This document shows, piece after piece, positions 25,692-40,101 of a stretch of DNA of 64,000 bases. The notes beneath the pieces were generated by a model that did not search any database, had not been told where the DNA came from, and saw nothing but the letters and a program-made list of their open reading frames with translations. A program made the translations under genes and the position numbers. Positions within the stretch are counted from its first letter, which is position 1; each line of letters opens with the position of its first letter. Source of the stretch: Mytilus trossulus (lineage: Eukaryota); assembly GCF_036588685.1 (NCBI RefSeq), contig NC_086376.1, positions 11,160,001 through 11,224,000 of the forward strand, written 5' to 3'.

Positions 25692-27793
25692 TTTGATTAA
25701 ATTGTACACTCACAAAATTTACATTTTTTTATTCTGTGGATTTAAAGACCAAAGTTGTATCATTTGTATACGAATCTATCGAGCTTTGTTCATATATTTA
25801 ATTAACAAAATCTTTTTATTATTTAATCAAACTTAGAGAAAAAACAATAGCTGTGTTGAATATATGCTTAGGAGAGAAATTTGTTTTTGTTTGAATAATT
25901 TTAACTTTTCATTCTCAATAAATACCAAGAAAAACAACGTTTCGATATTATTTCATGTCAGGTTTAGACGTACCGATCACTGGGGTGGTGATAACATGTT
26001 AAGTCAACCAGCAATTGCATCGCTCAGTGATTTGACCTCATCAAGGATACAAGACTTATAAATTGTTACACCAAACAAGCTTTGCGTCAACATAAGTTTT
26101 ATCAGTCGCACTCGAATCCGAGAACAGCTGGAAGGCGAAATCGAGTATGAAAGAGAAGATATTAGCAGTTGGAACGAATGATATGAAAGTTTTATTAAGG
26201 CTAAATAAATTTAACAGATTTTCGAAATGAAAAATATTAATTGTATAACTTTTTTAATTTGTATTTTATCAATTGGAAGGTTTCGCTAACTATAGAACCA
26301 GGTTTAACCCACTATATTTATCGAGAAAATGTCTGTCCCAAGTCAGGAATACAGGAATATATGTGTTGCACTTGTTCTGTTGATTAATAGCAAACTTTTT
26401 GAGTAAGCCATTTGTGTCATACTTGTTTATGCTGTGTGAAGTTTACTGATTATGCTGTAGTTCAGCCTTAATGTTTGTAATTGATATTGGTAATGATTGG
26501 GGGTTTAAAATATTTAACTTTCGCTATAACGATTTGGTTGACCAATATTGAAAATCGGTGTGAACAGAATTTCGTAACGGTCAACCAACACATGATGGCA
26601 TCCACAACAGTTTTCAAAGGTATGATTTCAACTTCGTCTTGTAAGTCTTGATGTTAGTCAAGATATGAAGCCTTATGATTGTACAAAATAACAATATTGT
26701 GGTGTTCAATGAAACATTTCTGTTATTTCTATGAATCTATGAACTCGCGCGAGAAAAAAGTAATGTATCGGTTAAATAATGTCAGTGGCAAAGCACTGAT
26801 TACTAGGCAAGTAAATTACAGTTCATTTTAATTCAAAATGAGTTCAGTCTTTTAATAAATTCACTATATTTTCTATATTCATTTTAGACATTACAGTTCA
26901 AATTCGTTTTTATAGTATTTTGTAAATAAGATATATTGCTATCAGTACTTTTACAGTATATTACTCAAGACCTAATTAAGGCACAATCTGACATGCTAAA
27001 ATAGAAAAACTATTTTTTTAACCATCTCAACTGAAAGCAGTAAAGAATATTTTTGTATCTGCAAATGGTGCATTAGATTGACACTGTTCGTTTTTCTAAC
27101 ATTATTTGGTATCTGCATCATTTTTGGCGGACTTCTACTGAAATATTTGTTAAAATGAAAATGACTGTATTCTTATAATATACGATTGCAATCTGATGTT
27201 AAAACAAGTGAGAAACCGGGTATTGAAATCACATGTTGATCTTTACGTTGATAAAAAGGACTATTGCCCACTTACGTACAGGGCACATGACCAACAAATA
27301 TGTTGACGATATTAATATTACGTGTATTCCATGTTTTAATCACTTATAACGTTTTGTCAGTTTCTTACTGAATATTTTACTTTGTCTTCTTTTACTATCA
27401 TTACCAGCACTCATTGGCCAAAATATAATAAACTGAATATAACATGCAATTTATCATCTCTCAAAGTGTAGTTTTATTTTGCATACAAACACTTGTGAAT
27501 ATCGAACGAAACAATTGAAAGTTATTGAGACATATATTCATCAATTACCGAAGGACAATGGTGTAAGCAACTACAGATTAAAAAAATATATCCTATACAA
27601 TATATTAAGCAATAATAGGAGCCAGAATGACAAAATATTGACAATGAAAGAACAAAACCAAACTCAACCAATTTGGTGATAAATACTTCATTTGCAGGTC
27701 GTATAAGATCGTATAAGAATCTTACAACAAAGGAAAGACAAGTTCATTGTGGGATTATTGACGCATATCTTATGTCGTTAAACTAACTTCTTA

Positions 27794-28947
27794 GTTAACC
27801 CTTTCTGTCGATATGACGCCTTAGACAAGATGCAATGCCGAACTTTATCTTCTTACCCTTCTGGAGCACCTGAGAACACCCCTAGTTTTTGGTGGGGTTC
27901 GTGTTGTTTATTCTTTAGTTTTCTCATGTGTACTATTGTTTTTCTGTTTGTCTTTTTCATTTTTAGCCATGGCGTTGTCAGTTTGTTTTAGATTTATGAG
28001 TTTGACTGTCCCTTTGGTATCTTTCGTCCCTCTTTTATCTGGGGTATCATTTAATTCTGTTTCAACGGGATATATATGTGATCTTATGGGAAATCTTATG
28101 TTACCTAGAGATCGTTTAGCTAAATGTTGAACAAGACGCTTGAAAGTAAAATCATAACAATAATGAATTCAGAGGGAAAATTTAAAGCAGAAAGTCCCTA
28201 CTCAAATGGCAAAATCAAAAGCTCAAACACATGAAACGAGTGGATAACAACTGTCATATTCCTACCTTGGTACAGATATTTTCTTATGAAATAAATGTTG
28301 AATGTAACCTGGTTTTATAGCTAGCTAAACCTCTCACTTGTATAACAGTCTCATAACATTTCATTATGTTAACCCTTTCTGTCGATATGACGCCTTAGAC
28401 AAGATGCAATGCCGAACTTTATCTTCTTACCCTTCTGGAGCACCTGAGAACACCCCTAGTTTTTGGTGGGGTTCGTGTTGTTTATTCTTTAGTTTTCTCA
28501 TGTGTACTATTGTTTTTCTGTTTGTCTTTTTCATTTTTAGCCATGGCGTTGTCAGTTTGTTTTAGATTTATGAGTTTGACTGTCCCTTTGGTATCTTTCG
28601 TCCCTCTTTTATCTGGGGTATCATTTAATTCTGTTTCAACGGGATATATATGTGATCTTATGGGAAATCTTATGTTACCTAGAGATCGTTTAGCTAAATG
28701 TTGAACAAGACGCTTGAAAGTAAAATCATAACAATAATGAATTCAGAGGGAAAATTTAAAGCAGAAAGTCCCTACTCAAATGGCAAAATCAAAAGCTCAA
28801 ACACATGAAACGAGTGGATAACAACTGTCATATTCCTACCTTGGTACAGATATTTTCTTATGAAATAAATGTTGAATGTAACCTGGTTTTATAGCTAGCT
28901 AAACCTCTCACTTGTATAACAGTCTCATAACATTTCATTATGTTAAC
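27794..28947. repeat. 574-bp tandem duplication (27794-28367, 28368-28941) with GTTAAC junctions
   Basis: The two copies look identical by eye (identical ORFs at 27936 and 28510, offset 574). GTTAAC occurs at 27794, 28368 and 28942. Confidence 0.95.
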
Positions 28948-30393
28948 AACGACGAGTGAGCAAAAAAACATACATAATAGGTAAGCATGTTAAAAGGGGT
29001 ATAACAGTCAACATTGTGTAATAATCTTAGTCACTATAAAACAGACACATATGTACCAAAGAAGCACAAAAAGGTATATAGACAAAGCACATTAGCATAA
29101 ATGAAAAATATCACAAAATCAGTAAAAACAAAACATCCAAAAATTAATTTCAGCTATCTTCTTTTATTTTCATCCCATAAAATCTGATAAGTGTATGAGA
29201 AAGAGAAATAAAAAAAAAAGAAATATACACTTTAAATAAAGGGAACCATACTTGTGGCAACAAAGCACGGGTATGGAGCCGTTTGTGTCATATATGTGCA
29301 AATGTATGTATGCAATCAGTATTTTCCACAATTGTAATTGTTGGAGATACAACACATGTGTATACATAGCAACAACCTGCATCTATATGCTGTAGTACAT
29401 TACAAAAAGAAGAGCAAAGCTATCACACGTTTCCCCAAAATTTGGTTATAAGTAAAATTTCAATCCCTTGGCGTATTATCTTAACCGAAACAGTTAATAT
29501 ATATCATGAAGATACCAAACAAAAAACATATGTCTTTCGTCTACTAGTAATTGTTTTTTTAAAACTGCTTCAAATGTTTCGTGTAAAACAAATGTGTGTA
29601 AACATTACAAAAAATTTAAAAGCTGTTTCTGTAGTATAGAAAATGTTCATATAAACCCATGTTTAAGGCGAGATTAGTCTTCAGGTGTCTAGAAAAATTA
29701 CTTTCATTGGACAATAACTATCATAATTGAAGAATTCATGGGGCCATATTACGAAACTACAATCCTAACTGTGTATTGCTACCTTACTTATTCCTTAAAG
29801 TTGGAGACCTTTATGGAATATCAGTTTCACAGATGACAAAATGTACGTTATAATTATGCAAACTTCAAACCTGTCCTCCTTTCCCCAAATATGATCTCCC
29901 TAATTTGGAATTTTACTCATACGAGCAACACATATGGAGCACGATTTGCTTACCATACAGAAGTACATAAGAATATTCCAAGATTTCGGTAGTGTTCGTG
30001 ATGCACACTCTAAAGTTTTCAATGTTGTGAATTATTGTTTAAAATTGAGAATGGAAATGGGGAATGTATCAAAGAGACAACAACCCGACCATAGAAAAAA
30101 ACAACACCAGAATGTCACCAATAGGTCTTCAATGTAACGAGAAATTCCCGCACCGGAGGCGTCCTTCAGCTGGCCCTAAACAAATATATACTAGTTTGTC
30201 TGTATGCCTTTTTTTCCTTTCGTATCTTTTGTCTCTCTTTTAAACGGGCAATTTGTATGAGTGGACCCTTTTTATCATATCTTTTGGACTTATTCGTTCA
30301 ATTTTTGTCTAGTGAAGAGTAAAGAATATGTTTGTAAAAGGTATGAAGATAACATTTCACATTATCGTGCGGTAGGAAACTGTGTTTGCATAT

Positions 30394-30720
30394 AAACTCA
30401 TCATATATTCCAAGATGGAAAATTTGTATTTGTGCCAGACGCACGTTTTGTCTACAAAAGACTGAGCAGCGACGATCGAATAAAGAAAAGTTTAGGCCAA
30501 ATTAGCAGGTGCGTCCAACGCACTTGTTTTTTTACCATTATCAGGAACGCTCAATCATCAACATTTGAAAGAAGGTTTAAAAAACCAGAATCATTAGAAG
30601 CTATAAAAACAGACAAAACTTAAAAGCGCTGCCAAATTCCGCAGAATAAACTCATAGATGTCAGATCTTAAATTGTGTATGCCAGACGCCCGTTTACACA
30701 TGACTCATTAGAGATACTAC
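30394..30720 (-). mobile_element. Two degenerate retrozyme/hammerhead repeat fragments
   Basis: TAAACTCATCATA...GCCAGACGCACGTTTTGTCTACAAAAGACTGAGCAGCGACG (about 30394-30480) and AATAAACTCATAGAT...GCCAGACGCCCGTTT (about 30646-30715). Cores are mutated. Confidence 0.65.
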
Positions 30721-31560
30721 ACAAAAATAGATATCATCTTTGACTGAAGGAGGTGGAACCTCAGTTTTGAAATATTTTACAACGAGGGATTTAGGTATAT
30801 ATGTTTAAAATAATGTTTGCACTGAATCAAATACAATTAAGCTGATGACACTCTCATATTCTAATAGTCCACCAGCAGCGAAATCGATCGAGAACTAATA
30901 AATAAAATTAACGGTTTTACATTTTTTTTCTTCAAACTAACTTCTTGTACAGAGATTTCCACTCGACACAACTAAACTATCTGAACATGTCTCAGTATAC
31001 ATAATTGAAGCAGGGGAGTATAGAATGCTTGCCTTTTTGTGCCCTTTGAATACATATTGGAGTCGCATTTATCTTTAAATTTATCAAACTTGCTTTTCTT
31101 AATCTATACATGATTTGTTAATTGCATGATGAATTTATTGACAATTCAAGTTATTAAATCAGTTATGTGAAATGTGTAATCAAATGCGAACATCATATAT
31201 TACTTGTTACCATGTCATTTTATTTGACCCATATATTTATTTCTCTCCAAAGGGTGAAATTTTAAAAATATTTATTCGAAGTTAAGTCTAAATAGATGAT
31301 AATAACACATTCTGAAAATGACATTTTTAATTTTGAATACAATAAACTATTTATCACTTAACAATAAGCAATTTACTTATGAATCAATCACAGAATAATT
31401 TCTATAAATGTATCAACTTTCTACAAGCACTAAGAAATTCTAACTTAGGCATTATGTGAAATGTATGTGAAATTTATGTGAATTTTAAATGCGATTATTT
31501 AGATTTTAGTCTGTTTTATCTACAATTGCTAATACATTTTACCAATCGTTTGTCCAAAAT

Positions 31561-31644
31561 GTGAAACAATAGTTATTTTAGGTCTAACGTGAGACCTTTA
31601 TCTGTTTCAATGCACGCACAGCATACAATTTTGTCGTATATAAA
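31561..31644 (+). promoter_or_regulatory. Gene C proximal promoter: GATA site (TTATCT), MRE core TGCACGC (31611-31617), TATA box TATATAAA (31637-31644)
   Basis: The block aligns with the gene D upstream region (44861-44942), although flanks and introns do not align. TATA is about 50 nt before the ATG. Confidence 0.65.
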
Positions 31645-31690
31645 CTGAACTTCTGTTGGGACTTATAGGTTGCTACATGAAAGATAAACC

Positions 31691-34600
31691 ATGAAGATTG
31701 TAATTGCTTTCCTAGTTGTCTGTACTTTGGGTAAGTGAAACCTTTGATTTACTGAATTTGGTTTTGATTGTCGTTTATCGTTTATTTAAAAAAGAAAAAA
31801 AATGTGGTATGATTGATAATTGGACAACTCTTCAAGAGAACAAATACCAAAGGAATTAATAACTATAGATCATTGCTTGTCCGTTTACATATATGTTAGA
31901 AAACATCGTTCGATACATAGTTGTGTCATCTTTTTGCAAGTATACGGAGAAAATGAACACATTATATTTGATTCCATCTCCAATTTTGATCCTTTTTCTA
32001 ATTGTAATACCAAATTTTAGTTCAATGCATTCCTTCATTTTGGCTTTATGTAATTTAAAAGTTTAGTTGTACATATACTATTAAGCAGTCAGTTTAGAAT
32101 CTTAAGGACTTAAGTATGTGAACATTGCAATTCAAATTTCAATTGTTTTGGTTTAGGAAAGGTATTTTGTGATATGGCAATATTTTTAGATACTCCAAAA
32201 AAATCAAGATTTTTTTCAAATTTAGTGTCACATATTAACCATAATATTTTGAAGGTTAATAAGCCAAAAATGTTAAAATCTTTCTCATTTTTTTAATTGC
32301 TATTCCAATTTATTCATTAAACCTTGTCAATGTGGTTGTTATTCTAGATAATGAGAATAAAGTTTCAGTAAAACCTAAAACCTTTTAGTATATCTTAATA
32401 ACATATGTATATATAATAAATATATGAAATAAATTTTTGAATGATTTAAATTTACAAAATGTTTATGATATTAGAATAAGCTGTTGGCGCGTTTCGTCTA
32501 CAAAAGACTCATCAGTGACGCTTGAAAAAAAAAGTTATAGTAAAAGGCGAAATATCAAACTAATTTTAAGTACTTCTATGTTTATGATTTCATTATCGAA
32601 CCAAATCGTAAATCTTATGCTTTTGGGATATGAATTAATGATTTTATTAACTTGATTTCGACAAGGTTTATTCTCCAGATTAATCGAAAGATAAAACATA
32701 AACAGAGACGACAATAGATTTATTCTTTATAATTGTACATGTAGGTTACATCAGCTGTGAAGATTGTCCTACTAATAATCCTGACCGGGAATGTGACCAC
32801 ATACATTGTGAAGATCATTGGCATAAGGCTTGTGTATCAAATACCTGCACCTGTCTACATAGTACTGACGGGGGACAAGGTATGGATGATCATCAAAATG
32901 ACGCACAAAATGATATCCTTTCATTAATATGATAAATACTAAATAATAATTGAGGACTTTTGTTTCACAAAATCAATCTGGAGTGGGTGTTACATGTCTT
33001 CCTCATGATCAGTTTGATGTTTAGGCATCTGGTATTTTAAAACACCAGTTATAATTCTTGTTGGGAGTGGGGTAGTATTTTTTTAAGCCAAATACTTTGT
33101 TTTGTTTTAAAAATACCAATAACAATGTATCAACTAACATACAGGAACAAGTTGAAATTTTAATTTAATGATTGTTTTATATTTATACTTTTTTAAGCAC
33201 AACACATTGTGTCTTCGCCCCTTCTAAAAAACTATTGTTTTAAAAGAATTTAGAATCAGATATTTTATTTTAAAAAAAGATATGCCCTAATTACATGTGA
33301 GTTTTTAACTAGAAAACCCTGGGTATAGATGCTAATTAGAAAAAAAACCCACAACTTATTGGAACTAAGGTAATTGTCTAAATCGGTTATGGGTGAGAGG
33401 TTTATGCGCACGTAAATAAAGGCAACAGTAGTATGCCGATGATCAAAACCCATAAATCGATAGAAAAAGAAAAAATCTGGGTCACAAACCAAAACCGAGG
33501 GAAACGCATTAAATATAAGAGAATGACGACACAACATTAAAATATAACACACACAGAAACGAACTAAGCATTACACAAAATCAGATGAGAATTAAAAATA
33601 TACTATCAAAACTAAATACATGAATTTGGGATAGAAAATTACTGTGACACGTCTTATAATAATGTGAATTCACACTCAAATATAAGAGGAAACAAACGAC
33701 ACAAAAGAAATACAACTCTAAAATGTAACACACAGAAACGAACTATAATATAACAATGACCTTATTCCTGACTTGGTACGGGACATTTTAAAGAAAAAAA
33801 AAGTGGGTTGAACCTGGTTTTGTGGCATGCCAAACCTCCCTCTTTTATGGCCATGTTTATTATAACATTAAAATGACAACACAACATTACAGGACTACAA
33901 TACAAATAAATAGGAGAACACAATTGACAAACACACACGAATAATAGCTAACAAAAGGCACCGAGTTTAAAATGTAATACACTAGAAGTGCGTTTTGTCC
34001 ACACAAGAATTACTAGAGACGCCCTGATACAAAAGCCAAAACAAGTAAAAAGTTCAACAGCATCGAGCATCGAGGACCAAAAGTTCAAAAAAGTTATGCC
34101 AGAAACGGCCATGGTTTACTGTAAGGTACCACCTGGATGACCCTTACACCATGCAGTGGATGTCGCACGTCATTAAACATGTGTCACAGTGGTTTGTGTT
34201 TATATGTTTTTATTTGGACGTCTGTTTTATTCTCATAGGAGAAGATAGGAGAAGATAGAAAATGATTCGTGTGGTCTGCAGTACTTTCAATTATATTTTG
34301 GTGGTTCCTATTGTCCTCTTTTATTTTTTAACTGTGTTTCGGATCAAATGTTATGCCTTTGATTTAGAAAAAACAGTTTATAGATATAAGGCTCATTATG
34401 GTTTTTTGCCCTTTGATGGTTTCGATTTTCCTCTTGCATTTTGTTGTTACACACATAAAGCACATGTTTATTCCTTCGAATATTAAAAGAACGACCATTT
34501 GGTTGTAGAGGTTTTTGAAGTGCATGGAAAATGTTGTAAATACATATCAGTGTTCACATAAACGTATATTTCTAGAAATAAAAAGATTGGAAAACAAACC

Positions 34601-35341
34601 ATTTAATTTAAACATTTAAATCTCACCTTCACTAGCTTTGTGTATTAGTTTGTCTCTTAAAAATCGACGTTTCGTTCAGTTCGATTTTAATTGTGTTCAT
34701 AAAATTTTAATATTCGGAACAAATCTATATATGTAGTTCTTATTACACATCAAATCAAGAGATAATTTTTACACTTTACCATTCAAGAAATGCCTATTTG
34801 GAGAACACTATAACGTTATTCGTTGATGAACGAAGCAGAGCTTTCTTTTGTGTTATAGTGCTGAATTTGATAAACCTACATGATCGACTGTTGACATCAA
34901 AACCTATTATGAACCATTCAAACATGTGTTCTATGCAATGTTAGCATGTTCTAAATGTTTGAGTTTCAGAATATCGTAGTTCAATTAACAATAACACGAC
35001 GGATAGTGTATAAATAACACCAAAGTTTTTCCTTTCTACGCATTATGTTTTGTTCCTTTAAGAGTTTTCTCAGTTGTAGTTTGACATTTTGAACTGTCTT
35101 CTCTGATCGATTTATGACACTTGAACATAGATAAATGAACTCTTCATAGAAACGACTATTAACTATATATACCTTTAATGAAATGACAACTGTTAAACAA
35201 GTACGAAAGTAAGTCTAATTTGTTTAATGATTTGTTACAGCATGCACAACCAAAGCCGAGTGTGACGCCATAAATGGTTGGTCCTGTTCAAACTCACGAC
35301 GACATTGTATAGATGGCAGATGTCGTTGTTCTAGATTTTAG
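31691..35341 (+). CDS. cvSI-2-like (I84) secreted 12-Cys peptide, gene C (His/Asp-rich subtype), 91 aa
   Basis: Exons 31691-31730, 32745-32879, 35241-35341 (276 nt, phase 1/1): MKIVIAFLVVCTLGYISC-EDCPTNNPDRECDHIHCEDHWHKACVSNTCTCLHSTDGGQACTTKAECDAINGWSCSNSRRHCIDGRCRCSRF*. AATAAA at 35385. Not in the ORF track. Confidence 0.88.
32487..32522 (-). mobile_element. Truncated hammerhead (retrozyme fragment), antisense in gene C intron 1
   Basis: Minus strand GCGUCACUGAUGAGUCUUUUGUAGACGAAACGCGC, then similarity stops just before the GUC cleavage triplet. Confidence 0.75.
33414..33960 (+). repeat. Dispersed repeat (family starting AATAAAGGCAACAGTAGTAT.CCG.TG.TCAAAA) with internal subrepeats
   Basis: The same end occurs at 13925 (+) and on - at about 14560, 17800 and 18700. 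ACACAGAAACGAACTA is repeated internally. Class undetermined. Confidence 0.65.
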
Positions 35342-36839
35342 ATACTACACCATATATTTACTTGGCAGCTGCTTATTATTTTATAATAAAAATACAAAAC
35401 AATATTTCTGTCTTTTTTTTGTTATTTAATAAACGGAGGGTTACCATACACGAAATAATCAGAAAAGATATCATATTTATTAGAATACATGGAATTTACC
35501 AAAACAAACAGCCAAACTAAAAAGACAAAAATTCAATGACAACAAAATAGATAGAAAGAAGACGAGCAAATGTTGCATGCTAGTTAATGAGACAGCTATC
35601 CATAAAGACCAAGCAAATAAAGATGCTAAAAGTTACACTTAACCGTGGAAAATGGAAAAAACTCAAAAAATTAATGAAAGACAGATATGACAGACAGAAA
35701 AGTCAATCACAAAAGTACAGGTTCCTGTCTTGTAACAGACACATATATAACGTGATGACCGAGTTTAACAAGATTGAAAGCCCTCTACACTAACCATAAG
35801 CTGGGGCAGTGATTTACCAATACAAGATAAGAACGAATCTAATGTAATATATGAATTATGGTTGTATGGTAAGATGACTTTGAAATAATGTTCCAAAGCT
35901 GTTTCAATCGCTTAACAGATTAAGGGTTAGGACTTAGCTGTTTCATTTTTTTTAAACAGAAGCAGATATGAATTATACTGAAAAGATCACATATGTTCAT
36001 TATCGAAACCATTTGTTGAATAATCTTTAGAAATGACATAGAAGGAATGATTCAATACGCTCCGACTAATTTTACCCGACCTAACACAGTATTTTCAAAT
36101 ATTCAAAACTCCTACAGGTTGTTTTACTATCAATAGATGTTAAAATTGAGTGAAACATACCAAGTGATCAAAAGGTACAAGAAATAAAAAAAATCATTCT
36201 TACGTGAGAATAAAAAAGAAGGCATATATATATAAAGAAACCTTCTAACAACTTATTAAAACCTTAAGTGAAAACAATGTACTTCTGTAGGCAAAATAAA
36301 TCCCTAAATAGAAGTACACATGTCTCATGCGCATACAGATCTACGTGTATGTCAAATGATATCGGTATCGTCGAAGCTGGTAGACTCCGAAGCACTGGTC
36401 GCTCTGAATGATACATATCCAATTCAAAATATTTTTGATTAAGGTTCTTTGATTAGAAGTGCCATATTAAAAACGTAGTATGTTCAAGAATATACAAAAA
36501 GCTACAAGAATCATAGCATATAAAAAAAAAGTATTATCATAAACAGAAAAGAACATACAAGATAGGCGAACGATACCAGAGATGATCCCATTGCCAAAAA
36601 AAACCCAATAAACACTAGTAGACAAAACACAACATACAAAACTAAAGACTTAGCAACACGAACCCTACCAAAAACTGGTGGTCTCATGTAAATCGGAAGT
36701 TTAAGCAGATCCTGCTCCATATGTGTCACCTGTCATGTTGCTTATATTAGTACAAACCTGGTATCAAGCCTACTTCGGTAGATCATATTCGTGAAAAGGA
36801 ACGGGATTGTAGTTGTCTTATATAATAAACAAAGGAGGA

Positions 36840-37040
36840 ACGATTTCAACTTCACCATTTGGAACTGATGTTTTAATAGCTTACTTGTGAGCAGCAACCC
36901 TCTGTCAAGGAAATAATGATAGGAAAGCCCTTGAATATCATATCAATTGGGAGATAAATACTCCGTATGCAGGCGCTTCTGGAATGTTGCTACATAGAAA
37001 TGGAAAGTTCACAATTGGGAAACTGAAATCATCTCTTTTG
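36840..37040 (-). pseudogene. Penelope-like element reverse transcriptase C-terminal remnant
   Basis: Minus strand translates KRDDFSFPIVNFPFLCSNIPEAPAYGVFISQLI*YSRA / SYHYFLDRGLLLTSKLLKHQFQMVKLKS with a stop and a frameshift. I recognise this motif from mollusc Penelope-like RTs. Confidence 0.7.
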
Positions 37041-37891
37041 ATTCATTCCTTAACTTGTTAAGTAGATACTGTATTTTTTTTGTCCAATCACAGTGTTCAG
37101 ATACATTGACTTAAGAAGGAGTTCACAAAAGAGCTACTTAAATTTCAGAAAGTACACAATACCGTGGAACCTACATAATGGCAACCAACAAAGTTTTCTC
37201 TCACTAAATTCGGGAAATCAACTCCCAAACGGCGGCGTTAATATCAAAATTAAAAAGAGGCAAACTTGCAAGCAGGAAAGATGTTCAGGAATAAGCTTGA
37301 TAGGAATCAGAACCACAATTTGAAAGCTATGGTATTAAAATACTAACAAAGACACTTTCTCGTTTTATCTTGAGGTGAGAAAAAAGAAGGTGATATTGCA
37401 AGGACGTCATTGGGAGGTATAAATAATCGATAAAGCGGTGTCTTTCTTACATCACATCCACATTCACAAGGGCCTTATTCACGAAGGTTCAGTAAAATTT
37501 TCAGTTGTGGAATGTTAACTGATGATGTACGGATTTATCCCACATCTTCGAGTTTGAAACTATCAAGAATCTAGAATTTCTGCAGCAAATGATAATTTCA
37601 GGCAGATTGTTGTGATAGAAATTAAAGCCCCTTCGAAAAGAAGAAATCAACTAGTATCCTGAAATTGAACAAAATGACTGAGGAAAACTATTCAACCTAT
37701 GCTTATTTTGACATTAAACCTAAAACTTCCAAATAATAGACAGATAAATATCGGACTTTATGTCTGTAGTCGAGTAAACGAAAATATGAATACAATAATG
37801 AAGAATTCGTTTTTGTGTGAAAAGATACCCAAATAGTAATCGGGAATATGTTTTGAAACACACAGACGAACTTAATAAACAACCATTGTTA

Positions 37892-38119
37892 AGGACGACA
37901 TCAGAAGTTCAATGAAGGATAAAAAACTTAATTCATATAGTTTTTTCACTAACCCCCACACCCCCTCTCTTTACTTAATTTCGGAAAAATTGATTGACCA
38001 ATAGGGATATATATGTAAAATCGATTTTAGATTAACAAAACTTGCAGCAATGTTGACCCTACCCCAAACTATTTGATTTAAGTTTTTTTTATCCTAAATC
38101 GGTCTTTTGATGTCGTCCC
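37892..38119. mobile_element. PIF/Harbinger-type MITE, 228 bp
   Basis: TTA|AGGACGACATCAGAAG ... CTTTTGATGTCGTCCC|TTA: ~16-bp TIR and 3-bp TTA target duplication. Confidence 0.75.
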
Positions 38120-38459
38120 TTAATAAGACAATGAAAAAAAAACATAGGTTCAAATGACAGCTGATTCTAGTGAAAGGAAAAATTACTTAGTGGAACATTT
38201 CAAGAAAAATCTGTAAAATACATCTTAACTGTGATCGACTCTAAGAAAGGGAAGCTTTTTGCTACCATAAAATAACTATTGGACATGACACATCCAAATT
38301 TTGGCCGTATTTAAGAAAAAAAAGCTGTACCTCTCATTATTGAGCTTTTGATTTTGTCTTTTGATTACGGACTTTCCGTATTGGCTTTTCCACGGAGTTC
38401 GGTAGTTTTGTTATTTTACTTTCTGTGTGTGTAACCGGAGTTTCAAAATCAGGGAAAGG

Positions 38460-38703
38460 TTCAGAACTTCGGTGTTGACATGAGTATCAATAGTATGGTC
38501 ATTTTAATAAAGTTTCTGTTGCAAAACTTTTTTTTTCGGAGGATTTCCTTATGGCAGGACTAGATAACCTTAACAACTTTTTTGGAATTTTGGGTCCTCA
38601 ATGCTCTTCAACTTGTTTGGCTATTTAACTATTTTGATCTGAGTCTTGTGAAGACGAAACCCGTGTCTTATAAATTATAATCCCGGTACCTTTGATAACT
38701 ATT
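38460..38703 (+). mobile_element. Degenerate retrozyme-family copy
   Basis: GGGTCCTCAATGCTCTTCAACTT...GAGTCTTGTGAAGACGAAACCCGTGTC...GGTACCTTTGATAACTATT is the reverse complement of the 24765-25055 variant. The CUGAUGA region is deleted. Confidence 0.7.
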
Positions 38704-40101
38704 CTTTACACAGACATAAGCCATGGTTGTAACAGGACAAACATCTGCTGCAGGACTTATTTACCAACGCGTTTCTGGAAAGAAAAAAGAGTTATTGGTG
38801 ACAATATTCGATGTTCAAGGCCCATTTATGAAAATGTCGGGATTAAAGCAGCTTCTTTTTTTAATGCAAAGTTTATATCAACAGATGAAGTCTGGTTAAA
38901 AATAAAAAAAGTAAAATTTTACAGAAGGTCGCATGCGACATTGTAAATGCACAATTGAAATATGGCACTTAAAACTGGACATTTTGTATATTCAAAATGT
39001 CCAAAAAATGTGAGAAAAATAAAATAACACATCCGTTATTCGATTTGTACGGATGTGAAGGTAAGCATATATATGTGTGCGAAGAAGGTACTCCTACTTT
39101 TATGATTCAGTAAAGATTCAAAGTTTAATTTATGAATCTTATAGACGACAACGATAAAGACGTCGCGCAAGATACTGGTGACAATTTGAAGGTGATTCGA
39201 GAAAAATCGGCGAAAAGGCTAACTGTCCGTTTAGGACGCAACAATTTGCAGAATCGCTAAATAATTTTCGTTACCCAATCTAATGGCAACATAATATCTG
39301 TTTTTCATGATATTTTTTTCACGAATAGGTTTCGATTTGAAGCGCGAAATTTTATGAAATAGGCAATTTTGACGTGTAATGCGTAACATTGAACATTGAG
39401 ATCTCCAAACATTTTTGAGAATGAAATATGGATTGAGTAGCCAAAGGTAGTTCTCATTTGGAAGGAATTTAGAACCATATGTAAAGTTTTGAATTACATA
39501 ATTTTACTTACATATATGACGTCATACATGTAGAAAAATGACGTCATAGCAACTTTTTGATCTTGTAATGGTGACAAATAATCTAGACTCCAACTGCAAA
39601 CTTTGAAGATCAAATTCATATACTGAAGGTAATTTTAAAAGGATATCATTTATATTTATAATTTATAAATTACAAACATTTCTGTTTAAATTGGTACCAA
39701 ACTTTTTGAGTTTACTTGTTTTAAAAAAAAAAAACTATTGAAAAAATTTAAAATCAGAAAAAATGTCCCGTATCATCTGAAATCCAAACAAATATTCCAT
39801 TTTGACGATTTCGGGATCTACGATGTATCGCGATTAAATCAGAAGAAAAATACTGATACAGATTTCAAAAATTACAACAAATACTGAACATGATAATATA
39901 AATACTGGCTGTTTTTATATTTTATCCTTTTCGCAAATAAAGTAAAGAAAAATCAGAAAAAATGTCCAATGAGACAAAAAACGTCGAAAAATAATGAAAC
40001 GTCATATTTCACACAGAGTCAATACGCAAAAGAAATTAAAAGAAGAACTTGTAAAGAATCGATCTTCAAACATGAAACGATATGGGCATGTTTTTGCCTT
40101 A

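Noticed and set aside
27936-28704. Duplicated 64-75-aa ORFs
   Set aside because: Derived from dispersed-repeat sequence inside the 574-bp duplication; non-ATG or hydrophobic low-complexity frames.
37090-37660. Possible decayed nuclease (QIVVIEIKAP near 37603-37632, like YqaJ EIKCP)
   Set aside because: A single short motif with multiple stops and no other recognisable motifs; needs a tBLASTx/HMM search.
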